A DNA stretch of 63,556 nucleotides, filler included, from Reticulomyxa filosa (GCA_000512085.1; 19 parts of 19 records of this genome joined end to end with filler, not necessarily neighbours in it), one strand, 5' to 3'; numbered from the whole stretch's first letter, positions 47,718 to 61,090 are shown. Translations and numbers: made by a program. The notes: generated by a model from the letters alone, not told the origin.

Positions 47718-49563
47718 TTATTTTCTTTCTCTCTCTCTCTCTCTCCTTTTCCCTCCCCCTTGTCTCTTTCCTGTCTGTCTTAATCTCACAGATCGGTAGG
47801 AGGGGATGATATCTGCAACTTTGTCCCTGTCAGACTGTGTGTAAGTGTAGTTAACACTATATGCGGAAGTGCTTTCATCTCTTTCAAACACGGACACACT
47901 GTCCTCTCTGTCGTCATAAGTGTCCATATATCCTGCCGTTTTCATGGAATCCGACAGCATTTGAGCATTTTCGGTCATTGCTCGAATTCGCAAGTGTGTC
48001 TTGGTGCAAGATTCAAAGATTCAAAAAAAAAAAAAAAAAAAAAAACGTTGTATCCAAAAATTGCAATTAAAAAAAAAAAAAAAAACTAGTATGTGTGGTA
48101 AAATAAACTTCGTTCTGTCGGTGAATGGATGCATCAAAATCTTCTTCGTTGGTTCGATTTGGATCCAAAGACATCATTTTTCGAAGTCGGCAATTTGCTG
48201 TTCGGTCTTGCTCATCCGCCGTTGATGAGTCGGTGGAGTGACAACGATAAGGGCTTTTGCGAGTTGTGCGTTGGGGATATCTTCTCCGAATTTGTTATCA
48301 GCAGCGTCCGGTTTTTGTTTCTTTGCCATCGTCACCAGTAGTAGCAGTAGAAGCAACAGTAGCAGTGGCAGCAGCAGCAGCAGCAGCAGCAGCAATGGCA
48401 GTAGTGGTGTTGATATTATTGGCAATAGCAACAGCAGTAGCATACTTTTTGTTGTTGAGATCAAGCCCAGCAGATTTGATTGCAAAGGCACTGGGCGTGA
48501 TGATGGGAATGGAGGTCGAGCCAAAACTACTCAGCCTTTGCTGATGTTTCTCCCAATCTTTTTGTAATTTTAGCTGAGTCAGATCACTTGCAATCAAATG
48601 GGCTCTGGCGCTATTTCTTCGAACCAAATTAGGCGTCGGATTCTCCGTTTTTTCCTTGTCTTTCTCTTTGTCTTTTTTGTCATCTTCTTTTTTTTGGACT
48701 TTCGATTTGTGTTCTGCTTTCGTTTGACTTATTTTTTGTTGTGTTTTCGTCGCATTTGTATTTACACTTGCATTTGCAGCTGCAGTTGCAGTTGTAATTG
48801 TAGTTGCAGCTGTAGTTGCAGCTGTAGTTGTAGCTGTAGTTGTAGCTGTAGTTGTAGTTGTAGTTGTTTTGTGACGACCTTTATCTTTGTCAGTTTTGAC
48901 AGAGGAGACGTGGTCACGTCGGTCTTTAGTCTTATGACGCTGGGATGCTTTCTGATCGACACTTTTTTTACCGGCATTTTTTCTGGAAGGTAGGACTTGT
49001 TTGAAATGGTTTCTGACGCGGGAAGGAAGAACGCGTTCGTTTTCCTCTTGCAATTCCCATGCTACTTTATACACTTCACAAGCGCGGGACAACGAGATGC
49101 CATTATTATATCTCCTGGCGTATTCAAAATGAGTAAAGATTTTTAATGCGTCTTCTTGATACAGTACCTCTTTTTCCTTTTCCTTTTCTTTTTCTTTTTC
49201 CTTTTCTTTTTTTTCTTTTTCTTTTTCTTCTCGTTCCTTCTCTCTTTCTTTTTCCTCTGCCACGCTGTCTTTCTTTGCCTTGGCCATTGTCACTTTTACA
49301 CCGCCAATGCCTCCATATAACTTCTTGTTTCGATGGCGCTCTTGTCGCTCCTGTCGCTCTTGTTGCTTTTGCAGCTTCCTTCGCTTCTTTTCTTGACGCT
49401 CTTGCTCTTGCACTTTCTCGATTTCTCGCTGCGTCTTTTCGTCCAACAAACCCAATGCGGCCAATGCAAACTGCACTTTTTTGTTTGGAATTGCTGGAGT
49501 CGATGTGGACATGGATGTGGATGTAGATGAAGATGAAGATGAAGATGAAGATGAAGATGAAGA
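47718..49563 (-). CDS. Hypothetical low-complexity (K/E-, T/A-rich) protein; 5'-truncated, with frame disruptions
   Basis: 404-aa ORF 48298-49512 plus downstream coding fragments to 47718. The contig ends in (GATGAA)n. Confidence 0.55.
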
Positions 49564-49663
49564 NNNNNNNNNNNNNNNNNNNNNNNNNNNNNNNNNNNNN
49601 NNNNNNNTTAATTAATTAANNNNNNNNNNNNNNNNNNNNNNNNNNNNNNNNNNNNNNNNNNNN

Positions 49664-51090
49664 ACAACGGCATAAGCGCCTTGGCCGAGTTTCTTGGTTG
49701 GTTTGTAATAATCAAAGACGACAAACTTCTCGCCATTGACACGATATGCCAACTTTTTTTTCTCTTGACCTCTCTTCTCCATTGTTCTGTGATGTCGATC
49801 TCGAAAATAATTTCTATTCAAAAAAAAAAAGTAAATATTTCACAGAGGAAGAGGAGGAGAGGAGGAGGCAACAACAATAATAGCCAAACCTCCATATCAT
49901 CAGGAAGCTCTGGAATGATGACGATCGACTCTTGTTGAGTGACCGGTTTGTCAGTTGCATTTGTACTGTATTGCTGTTGTTGATATTGATATTGGTACTG
50001 ATATTGGTATTGAGGCTGAAGCTGAGGCTGAAGAGGTTGGGGTTGAAGCTGAGGCTGGAGAGGTTGGAGTTGAGGTTGGGGTTGAAGTTGAGGCTGGAGT
50101 TGAAGTTGTTGAAGTTGCTGAAGTTGTTGGAATTGTTGGAATTGTTGGAGTTGTTGGAGTTGGGGTTGATGCTGGTATTGGTATGGAAATTGGTGTGGAT
50201 GTTGATGTTGCATATGAGAGGCGTAAGAGAGATCTTTTCCTCCGTCTTCATCGTGTTTGTGGGTAATGCCGTTACTATTGCTGCTGCTAGTCATATTAAC
50301 ATTGGCATTAGTATTAGTATTCGCATTAGTATCATTGCTAGTGCTAGTGTTAGTATTAGTAGTAGTGTTCACATTGCTATTAGCATTGACATCGACATTG
50401 ACATTGGTATTGATATTGGTATTGATATTGATATTGGTATTGGTATTGGCATTGTCATTAACATTGATATTGACATTGTCATTGACATTATCATTAGTAT
50501 TGCCATTAGTATTGCCATTGGTATTACCATACTGTTTTCAATTGCATTGGCACGGTCATTGCTGTTTCGATTGTCCTCTGTCAATATCTCCTTGTCACCA
50601 GCCTTGGCCCCACTTATTGGGACATCGACGACATTCACTTGTTCTTGCTTCAGTTCTCGTGTTTGTTCATTTTGAACTTGAACTTGACTTTGAGATTGTG
50701 TCTGTTCTAATTTTTGTTCATGTTCTTGTGCTTGCGCTTGTTCTAATGGTGGTTGTTGTTGTTGTTGTTGTTGTCCTTGTTTTTCGTCAGTTGTTTCTTT
50801 ATCCTGTTTCGACTGTGATTCCGGACCTTGAATTTGAATTTGAAAATAAGTTTGAGTGTGGCTTTGACTTTGGATTTGACTTGGATCTTGATCTTGAGCT
50901 TGAGCTTGAACTTGAACTTGAGCTTGATCTTGGAATTGGTATTGATATTGAAATTGATACTGGTATTGATATTGGTACTGGTATTGGTCCAAGTCTTGTT
51001 CCTCTTCTTCCACTTGCACTTCCACTTCCTGTTCGATGAATTGAGCCTCCATCATCTCCCTTGTCTTTGTTTCATTATCGAGTTTATGTT
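49664..51090 (-). CDS. MAP kinase-family protein with a long Gln-rich N-terminal extension; truncated at kinase subdomain I
   Basis: YRVNGEKFVVFDYYKPTKKLGQGAYAV matches the MAPK FxVxxxYxxxKxLGxGAYxxV start. It is joined to the Q-rich exon by a GT..AG intron at ~49816-49889. Confidence 0.7.
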
Positions 51091-51190
51091 NNNNNNNNNN
51101 NNNNNNNNNNNNNNNNNNNNNNNNNNNNNNNNNNTTAATTAATTAANNNNNNNNNNNNNNNNNNNNNNNNNNNNNNNNNNNNNNNNNNNN

Positions 51191-51760
51191 ATTAAACAAC
51201 ACAGCCAACGACGAACTCAGTAACAAAAGATTGAAAGAATGGACAAGCATCAATTTTATCATTGACTTCTTTGGGAATGGTTCTTAAGGCATTAGTGGAA
51301 AAAAGTGACTTTGTTCCTTATCGAAATTCCCAACTTACAAGGTTAAAAAAGAAAGTGCAATCCCTTTTTTAAAAAAAGAACTTTTTTGTAACGACAGAAA
51401 AAAACGTCCAAACACAAAAAAGTTAAAGTATTTGAATACACAAAATTATATTGTAAATAGATTATTGCAAGATAGTTTGGGATGGATTCAATGACTGCTG
51501 TACGCATATATAATTTTTGAGCTTTCTTTTAATAATTAAATAAACAAACCAAAAATATAACAACTTGCCAACAAATAACATGAGTTTTTATCTTACGTTT
51601 CAATAGATTATTGCCAATATTATTTCAGCTTTATGTAATTTCAGAAACTTTGAGCATTCTGCAATTTAAAAATCGAGCTAAGAATATCAAAAACAATGCA
51701 TCAAAGTTTAGAGATCCAAAGAATGCTAGAATTGCAGAATTGGAAATCACATGCTCAAGA
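51191..51760 (+). pseudogene. Kinesin motor-domain C-terminal fragment, degenerate
   Basis: RLKEWTSIN/SLTSLGMVLKALVEKSDFVPYRNSQLTR|LLQDSLG..|IIANI../SETLSILQFKNRAKNIKN; several frameshifts and altered conserved residues. Confidence 0.82.
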
Positions 51761-52964
51761 ACTGAGCACATGCAAAGAATGTCAAAAGTGTTCAATCATG
51801 TAATAACCATTGTTTTGATACATACAATTGTCCTTTCAATATAAATCTTTTTGATGCAGTATATTATTATTATCATCGATATTTTTGTGATAGAAAGCAA
51901 AAGCAAAGTGAAATAAGTTTGCATACATTAAATGGATCCAAAAATTTTAATATCAATTGCAAAGTACTTTTCAATATCATTATGACACTGAAAACGTTAT
52001 TCTTACGACATAATTGAAATAATAGTCCTACAATATCAAATCATTTGTTAAAGTTTAACAAACTTTCTTATTTTTTTTCATCTTTTCTCAAATCGATTTT
52101 CCTTTTGTTTTTGATTATTGCTTGCAAGCTCAGAACTTTTTGTAACAAGCGAAAAACTATTTCACTTCTAGATAAAATAATATTACTAAATAGAAAATAT
52201 AAATATTTTTATACATCTGTATATGCACAAACATTAAAAATATATAGATATTACCTCCAACAGTGATTGAGTTTAGATTTTATAAATCATGTGTATATCA
52301 CAAATTGTGTAAACACAAGACTATACCTGTGTAAATTCCTATGTGAATTTAATAAGTATTGATATTGCTGTATTCACTGCAGCTGTCCCGGAACTCGAGA
52401 ATCCAGTCCTTGATTGATAGATAAATATCGAGTTATTAAATAAATACTATTTCGCAATAGCTGTGCTTTAGTTAACGACAAATTAACTAATGTAATTTTT
52501 ACAATATAATAACTTATGATATATGTTGTTTTAATTGACTCAATACACATACTAAATCCATATTTCAAGGAATTAGCATTCGAACACAGGTATAGTGATG
52601 CAATATAACGACAACAATATATCTATTAACAAACAATTGTATATATTCAATATATAATATTTATTGTATATATAGTTTAAAAAATAGTTNNNNNNNNNNN
52701 NNNNNNNNNNNNNNNNNNNNNNNNNNNNNNNNNTTAATTAATTAANNNNNNNNNNNNNNNNNNNNNNNNNNNNNNNNNNNNNNNNNNNNGGTGTATATAC
52801 ATGTACAATCCAAAAAAAAATAATGATCATCATGTACGTAATAAAAATATGCATATGCATGCATACGTACATGCAGTCATGACATAGAATTGTCATACAC
52901 ACATATAGCTATCATACACAAGTCTAATGTTAATTCCCATCCTTTTTATTTATTTTTTTTTTTT

Positions 52965-53729
52965 TTATTTATTTATTATCATACTTTGTTGCTGTTGTCG
53001 TTGCCACTGCTGTTGGTGGAATCGTTGTTGCTGGAACTGTAGCTGTTGCTGTGGAAATTTTGATGGTTGTTGTTGGTGCCGTTGTTGTAGTGGCCATGGT
53101 TGCTGCTGTTGCAGTTGTTGCTTTGGTTGTCGTTGTTGTGGTTTGTGCAATTGCTGTTGTTTCTGCGCCCGTTGTTGGGACTGTTGTTGCTGTTGTTGAT
53201 GTTGTGCATATTGTCGTTGTTGTTGTTGCACTGGTTGTTGTAGAGGAAGAAGTGGTTGTGACAATCTTACAGTCGATGATAGCCATTCATCCAACAGCAT
53301 TATTTCTTTTTCTTCCATTGTTCTCTCTCTTTGTTGTTCTAATGCTTGAAATCGTGGTCGTCGCTTGACCCGGCGTCCGACTATGTTTTGTGAAAGTGTG
53401 CGTATGTAAAAAAGCAAGACAAATACACACTCTGTTTTTTTGACAGAGAAAACTTGCAGAAATCATACCGTTTTTGTTTGACATTTTTGTTTTTTTTTCT
53501 TTTTTTCCCAAAATTAGTTATTGGTTGTTGTTGTTGTGATTGCTGTTCACAGACTTTTTTTTTAAGAATATGTCCCTTTATATCTTCCTGTTTGTTGCTT
53601 GTGAGTGTCTGCCAGTGTAGACTGTTTGTCTTGCAGTCTCTTCTCTCTGTCTCCTCTTTCTTTCTTTGTTGTCTCTTACGAGAAGGAACAAAAGTTTTTC
53701 AGCAGAGGTTTTTTTGGTGTTGGCTGCAT
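52965..53729 (-). CDS. Hypothetical Gln-rich protein, multi-exon, partial
   Basis: ATG 53729 (MQPTPKKPLLK) and a (CAA/CAG)-rich exon at 52965-53400. Confidence 0.45.
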
Positions 53730-54740
53730 GGAGTGCGAAAAAAATTGATGAAATAATGATGATGTTTGTTAAAAAAAAAAAATTGGTTGTTGTTCATGTA
53801 AAATTTTTTGTGGAAAAAAAAAGCGGATAATAATTTTTTGTTCAAAAAAAAAAAAAGGTCTATTAAAAAAAAAATTATAAGAATTTTCTTTGTAATGAAA
53901 ATTATTGGTTGATTGGTGTTGCTGATTGGTTGGTGATCATTTTGAGTGATTATGGAGTTTGGTGTTATTATCCGATTTTTTTTTTTTCCACGTTCCAAGC
54001 AGTTTGTGCCAAACAAAAGAAAGTATCCAAAATCGATCTGCAATCACAAAATAGAAATGTTGTTTTCCATTCAATTTTTTTTGATGTTATCATTTGCTTC
54101 CGAATGTTGGTGTTTTTGTAAGACCAGTGCCAGTACTGAAAATATTTACGTGAGATATGTTAACAATAGCAATAATTTGATACGTTGCACGGTCAAGTCA
54201 AACACTGTTGTTGTTTATTGGAAGAAATGAAGAAGATGTTGAATGATTTGAAAATAATACGAAGCGCATTCAACACTTGCAAGACAAATCAATGTCGACG
54301 AGTATCAAATTGAATAATAAGAAAGGATAGTTTGTCGGGTTGAGTATTTTTTTTTAAAAAAAAAAAAGTGTATATGTATATATGGCATAGTTAAAAAAAT
54401 GCAATTTCAAAGTATCAATAACTTTACACTTTTTTCTCTTTAAAGTTGCGAAAGTTACACGCACGATACGTAAAAGGAAATAATCTTAATTTGCATATTT
54501 TTTCAATCTTTCAATCTTTCAATATATTACGTCTATTTACATAAATTGAATTGTTTTTATCAACTTTACTAGTTTATTTTATGAAAAAATCAAAATATAC
54601 ATAATTTTTAGGTTTGTGTGTGTGTTTGCGCTATCAAGTTTAATAGGATGATTTAGTCTCATAAATTGATACATTTGATTTTGTAAAGATCAATAAATGG
54701 GTCAAGATTTTGGTGAGTTTTTTCTCCAGTCATATTCGAA

Positions 54741-55398
54741 ATGGCAAATATATATCTGCGACTATGGTCAGGATCGCTTCATAGATTACCAGAGCCAGTC
54801 TTTGAAAGGAAGGATGGTCATGTGTTAACTGGCCGAGTATTGTATGATTATGTGTGCAGTAACTACTTAGCGACAGAAAGAACGATGCCAAACGAAAACG
54901 CACATGTATCATTATCCTGGCAAGGACACATTTTGGAATCAAGTGATATGGCGTTAGTTCTGAATGGCATAAACAACAATTACAGTGAGATACAAATAAA
55001 TCTCCATCTAAAAGACGGGAAAGGAGGATTTGGATCGTTGTTGCGAGCAGCAGGTAAAATGACGAAAACGACAAATAAATCAGCAATGCGTGATTTGAGT
55101 GGACGTCGAGTTCGATACAACCGACAAGAGCAAGAATTGGGTACATAGTTGGAAGAATAAAAGACCAATCAAAATGCTAACAATCACAATAAAAAAAAAA
55201 AGCGTGAATTGCAAAAAGATTTTGCCCACATCAAACAGTATGGTCAGTCAAGAGAAACACGAATGTGTCATAAAGGAGTTGATTGTCCTTATCAATGAAA
55301 ATGCAAGTTTCGTCATCCTGACGACGACGACGACGACGACGACGAACGTGAGCATATCAATAAAAAACAAGACGCCACACGTGCCAAAGTGTATATCT

Positions 55399-55441
<43 letters not shown>

Positions 55442-55772
55442 GTGTTGCACGTGTGTGTTTTTTTTTTCTGCGCCTGCAAACATTAACATTAACATTAACA
55501 TTAACATTAACATTAACTTTAAAAAAAAAAAATTGTAAAAAATTCCGTAAAGATGCCCTTATTTGTTTATAATTTGTTTTTTTCCATCAAGGGAGATCAC
55601 TTTCCTAGACCTAGCAAGAACTCTCTGGCACCGATATATCCATACCGAAGATGAACAGTTTGGACAGATATCGGATGCAATATTGAGTGGACAGAGCTAC
55701 CAACGGAGCATGATCAACAATAGCAATACCGATATGAAATCAGGGACAGAAAAGGAATTGTTAGAATTGTAT
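54741..55772 (+). pseudogene. SDE2: SDE2 homologue (ubiquitin-like domain + KGGFGSLLR motif) with a CCCH zinc finger; three in-frame stops
   Basis: LHLKDGKGGFGSLLRAAG..AMRDLSGRRVR. The frame continues past TAG 55146, TAA 55158 and TGA 55296 into CHKGVDCPYQ*KCKFRHP and poly-Asp. Confidence 0.85.
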
Positions 55773-58700
55773 NNNNNNNNNNNNNNNNNNNNNNNNNNNN
55801 NNNNNNNNNNNNNNNNTTAATTAATTAANNNNNNNNNNNNNNNNNNNNNNNNNNNNNNNNNNNNNNNNNNNNGGAATTACAGTGTAATAAACATGAAAAT
55901 GCAGAACAAGTTTATTAGGTGAGAAAAGAATGTCTACAAATGCATTTGAAGAAAAACAATGAAAAATAAGCCTCTTTTATATGATGCTTTGAATGCTTTC
56001 TATCACTTGACAAAATGGTCATTTTGTTTAAATAATTTTCACTGCTAAAATAATTGACATATTATTGTGAACTAAAATGTCTTAAACTCACCTGAGTTTT
56101 TTTTTAATTTGAACAAGGGACAAAAAGTTTGTTATCAAATTGATATAAAGGGGAGAATCAGATATTTTTGCTTCTCACTTGAAGAAAAAATGTTTTAGTG
56201 ATAAAACTAAAGTGTATTTGTTGCACTTTCGTGAATGAAAAATTTGGCTGACACAAAGTGTCTTGTGAGAGGTACGTAACACCAAATAATTGTTTGTTTG
56301 TTTTTTGATGAAAAAAGTCGCCCCAGACTGAGATTTGTGATGGAGCGTTTGATTAGTACTGAATTGATATTTTTTGTTGTAAATTTTTTTTTATGAGTAT
56401 ATTATTTCTGAATATTTGTGTGTTTTTGCATGATATGATAGCAAAGTTTGAGAATGATATTGCGAAAGCGCTTTGCACTAATTTTTATGAAACGTGTTGG
56501 CTAGTAAATACAAAGTTTCAATTTTCGAATTTGAAATTTTTAACATTGTGTTGCGTCTTTTTTTTTTGTATAGTTGTTATTTGGGATTTTTAAAGTGAAT
56601 TTGTTTATAAAAACAATCGGTATTGATTGATGTCAATTGTTTTTATAGCCAATTTTCTTAAAGAGAAATTTATTTTAGTTATGTAAATCGAATTACCAAA
56701 AAAAAAAAGTCTTAATTGCCAACAAGAAGTATCTATTCCTTTTTTTTTGTACAAAATTTATGGAAACATCCCATTACATTTTTGATAACTCCAGGTTGAA
56801 AAACAAACTTATAACAAAGACTAATTAACAGTTTAGAGGTTATAATGTTTGAAGTTATTATTCCCTAGAAACATTTGTGGTTTTTTTTTTGCATTAAATT
56901 ATTTTTGTTTATTAGTTTCAGATATTTGCAATATCTGAATCTGTTCAATTACATTACATTGCTGTGCAGAAACACTTCATTAGGAGATTTACAAACAACA
57001 ATTGCACAATTACGCTAATGAAAAAAACAGAACAATTTTTGATAAACACTCAAAGATTTTATATATTAAATGCGTTTGTATTTTCTTTAGATAAATATAG
57101 TGGACATTTAAGTACAAATAGAAAAAAATACTTGAATTTGGAAAAAATGTAATGTAATGCAAAAGGAAATTAGACTTGCAGAAGAAGATCGATACAAAAA
57201 AATAAATGAACTTATAATTTTTCTTTATCATCAATGACGCAAATGGATAATAGTTAATCCAAATATTTGAGTCAAAATTTCAACGAATCTATTGTAAAAC
57301 GTCTTTTCAGCCTAATGTCTAATCAAACATGCAAGTACAACCAGAAATAGTGGCAGCTCAATAACTATTTCAACTTGGTTCACAATACAATGTCACAGCA
57401 CTAGCAACATCAAATAATTTCAAATTTATTTATGCAATTCATCATAAAATATTATATATTTCATAATAAATTTGATTAATAATCTTAAATGTAAAAAAAA
57501 ATCAATAATACCAAATATGTTTAGAATTCTTCGTAAAAAAAAAGATAGGGAGATATTTATATCAGTTGAACAGATAATATTTTGTTTTTGTTTTTTTTTT
57601 CATCTCCTTTTTTACATTTTTTAAGTACTACTTGGGTTGGTTGAACCCTTAGATAATTTTATCTATGACAGTAATTTCCTTTGTTGGGATTTAAAAAATA
57701 TATATTTTATGAATTTCTTGAAAGTTTTCGTCATTTCAACAATTGAAACAATAAAATATCAAATTATTATTATTTACCACGTTTCATTAGCTTTATTATC
57801 TATCTATTGTTCAAACAAGGACTTATCAATAAAAAAGATTGCTTTTGTTTATATTATTGCAATCATGTTATCTGATATTTGCCATAAAAACAGAAAATCT
57901 TTTTNNNNNNNNNNNNNNNNNNNNNNNNNNNNNNNNNNNNNNNNNNNNTTAATTAATTAANNNNNNNNNNNNNNNNNNNNNNNNNNNNNNNNNNNNNNNN
58001 NNNNTAAATGTTCAAATATTATTTCTAACATTTTTTTGAGCTAAAAAATCTCACTTTTTTTGTTGAGTCTCAAAATATGTTTATCTAACAAAATATTTTC
58101 TCAATGAAAACAAACATTTGACACTAATTGCTCTACTAAACGTTATAGAGTGAGAGTCTTTTTGTTACTAAAACTTTTCCCTTTTTTTCTTTCACCAAAA
58201 AGTTTTTAGTTTCTTTATTTTCATTCTTACTTGTTTTTTGTGAATTATTTTCATTTTATTCATATCAATAAGCGCGTTTGTCTGTAATGTGTTGTTGCTA
58301 AGTGGCATAGATGAGACAATCTCCGAAAAGCCTCGTCAGTACAACGTGTGCGCAAAGAACATAGGCAAGTGCAACAAATTCTTGGCAGTAAGTTTAGCTT
58401 TTTGTTTTTTCCTTGTGTCCGAAATTATGCCACAATAGCGACAAATACGTTATGTTGTTTATTGTTATACAATTTCGAAAAGAAAATGCGACAGCAGAAC
58501 ATTGAACTCAGCTTTAATGTGTACATAATTTAACTGATGTTGCAACAATTTTAAATTACTTACAAATCATATAATTTTTTATTTTTCTTGCTTTGAATAG
58601 TGACGGTCAGCCTTGACAAATCTCTAAATCGAATTCTTGGTCCAATGTCTCAAATTATTTATATTTATTGTTAAAAAATTGTTTGTGAGCCAAAAGGGCT

Positions 58701-58905
58701 CATTTTAAATCTTCTTTTTTAAGTTTAAAAAAGAAACTTATATTTTTGAAAAAAACATATTCTCACGAAAACAGTATAATATCTATCATCAAGCAACAAA
58801 ATTTAAAAATTTTTTTTTCACCTTCGCTATATCTTTGCTTCAAGGGGTTTTTTGTTTTTGGTTCCTTTTTCAAAACAAAAACTAGAAACACTTCTATACA
58901 AACGT

Positions 58906-59468
58906 TCAGTTGTCGTTAGAACTAAAACAGCTTCTGTTTTTCACATCGATTAGTGCTGTGTGAAAGGCCTCTACAATACAGGTGGCAACAGCAGGATTGT
59001 CATACAACGCCGAATCCAAATGTGAAGCGTCGATTCCATCATACCAATTGGTAGGAATGGTTTGATATGTCTCTCGAAAAGCAATCATCGATGTGATATT
59101 GGTATAATACGAGTGAGAATAAGGTGTGGTGCTTTGCGAGGACAAGGTATAATATAAGTTCAAGTTCTCACAAATGGCTCGGGTCACCAAGTATACTTAG
59201 AATAGATAAACACTTCCTGGCATCATTCGATAAAGATCCAGTTTTGTCCACTTGATGGAAAGAGAAATTCAAGCTGATTGTTGCAGACGCTGGCACTGTT
59301 GTTATTGGCATATTCAATGTTGAACAAAACAAACAAAATCACTTTCAAAAATAAATAAAAGCAAAGCTTACGTATTGGATGATTGGAACTTTCAGCAATT
59401 AATGTGTACGAGCTCAAAGCATTTGAAGGATTATATTGCCATATCCTTGCAACGTAACTGACACTCTT
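58906..59468 (-). CDS. 3' part of an unidentified multi-exon gene
   Basis: Exon-like frames (VARIWQYNPSNALSSYTLIAESSNHP; VTRAICENLNLYY...CIVEAFHTALIDVKNRSCF*) with at least one disruption. Confidence 0.35.
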
Positions 59469-59638
59469 NNNNNNNNNNNNNNNNNNNNNNNNNNNNNNNN
59501 NNNNNNNNNNNNTTAATTAATTAANNNNNNNNNNNNNNNNNNNNNNNNNNNNNNNNNNNNNNNNNNNNTATATATATATATATATGTATATATTTATTAC
59601 TTTTTATGACAATGTCTTGTGTATGTGTTGCATTTCAG

Positions 59639-60890
59639 AGAACGACAACAATTGCAAGAACAGACCGACAAGTTGAACGACAAGGTCGAAAAGTTGGAGA
59701 CTGCGCTGGCGGGGTTGTCCAAAGCGAAAGACGATGAAATTACCGACAAAAACCAAGTTTTACTTTTGTGTCAATCCCTCTTTTTTTTCCCTTGATGCTT
59801 TGGTTGTTGGATGATTTTTTTGTGGGTCGTTGTCGCTGTTGTTGCCACACACACACACACACATGCATATATATATATATATACACACAGCTAATTGCAC
59901 AACTGCAAAGTGCATACGACACAACGGAAGCCGAGTTACAATTGAAAAATTCTGAACTGAAAAATCTGAAATACGATTTGGAACAAAAGACGCCCATGGA
60001 CGATGAGGGCAAATTGTCTGATGACTTTTCCAAAAAATTGGCATTGGTTAACTTTTTTATTTTCTTATTTTTTTTTATTTTTTTTTTTTTTTGTCCATTT
60101 AATTTTTTTTTTTTTTTTTAATGAATAAAACAAGGTGCTTCAAGAAAAAGAAGACGAAATTGAAAAGTTGAAGATGGATCATAATGCACGCTTGGAAGAA
60201 AGACTCAACGATGCTTTGACCGCTTTTTCGAAAGAGTTGGAAGAAGAAAAGAAAAAAAAACAAGATGAAATTGACGCGTTAGTGAACGACTTGTCCGCCG
60301 CACTTCAAGAAAATGCTGAACTTAAAAAAAATTTGAACGATAAAGTTTTGTTTTTTTAAAAAAAAAATAAATTTCTTTGTTTTTATATACAATACGATAC
60401 AATGCAATATGCTGAAATAGACGGCGGACAAGGAAAAGAATAAAGAGACAGAAGACACATTGCGAAAACGACTGAATGATGCACTCGACCGATTGCACGA
60501 CACGGAGAAGAAATTGCGAGCACAAGAGAAAGACCTTGCAGGAAAAGATATTTTGCAAAATGTTGATTTAATGAAAGAGATTTTGGTATGTGTGCAAAAA
60601 AAAAAAAAAAAATTTTTTTTTTTTTTTTAGATATGTGTGTATGTGTTGGGCTACAAATAACCTCTTTTTTTTTTTTTTTTTTTATATGTGTTTGTTCATC
60701 AAAGGCATTGCAACAAAGATTGGAATGCTTTGAACAAGAACATCATCTATCAAGTCCTGTTCCGAAAAAACGTCGTCGTGTTGTCCCTGAGTTTGCTCAA
60801 GTTTTTCTCTATTATTTTTATTTGTTTTATTTTATTTGCACAAGCTATCCCCAACAAAGGGGCACACCAACAAATATACAATTCACTCCC
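59639..60890 (+). CDS. Long coiled-coil protein fragment with SP site and NLS (lamin/intermediate-filament-like candidate)
   Basis: Exons 59639-59756, 59891-60046, 60135-60344, 60421-60585 and 60705-60800 splice in frame via GT..AG introns. Heptad-rich; ends LMKEIL|ALQQRLECFEQEHHLSSPVPKKRRR. Confidence 0.7.
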
Positions 60891-61090
60891 GCAAATGCGC
60901 TTTTTGATTTTTTTTTTTTTTTTAAAANNNNNNNNNNNNNNNNNNNNNNNNNNNNNNNNNNNNNNNNNNNNTTAATTAATTAANNNNNNNNNNNNNNNNN
61001 NNNNNNNNNNNNNNNNNNNNNNNNNNNTTGGATTAAAAAAAAAAAAAAAAAAAAAAAAAATGATCATCAAGAAATTTCGTGGTCGTGACT

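Noticed and set aside
52927-53199. Cys-rich metallothionein-like ORF (also the poly-CS ORF at 48598 and poly-Leu/Tyr ORFs near 6033-7070)
   Set aside because: These are antisense or alternate-frame shadows of CAA, ACA and AAT microsatellites in the real genes.
55146-55298. Alternative genetic code with all three stops reassigned
   Set aside because: Long genes from apparently the same genome (PRCC, DODA, the 1059-aa ORF) have no in-frame stops and use TGG/CAA normally.
55873-57904. Genes or RNA genes in this AT-rich contig (also 27653-29007)
   Set aside because: No recognisable protein motif, tRNA, rRNA or clear repeat structure found by eye.
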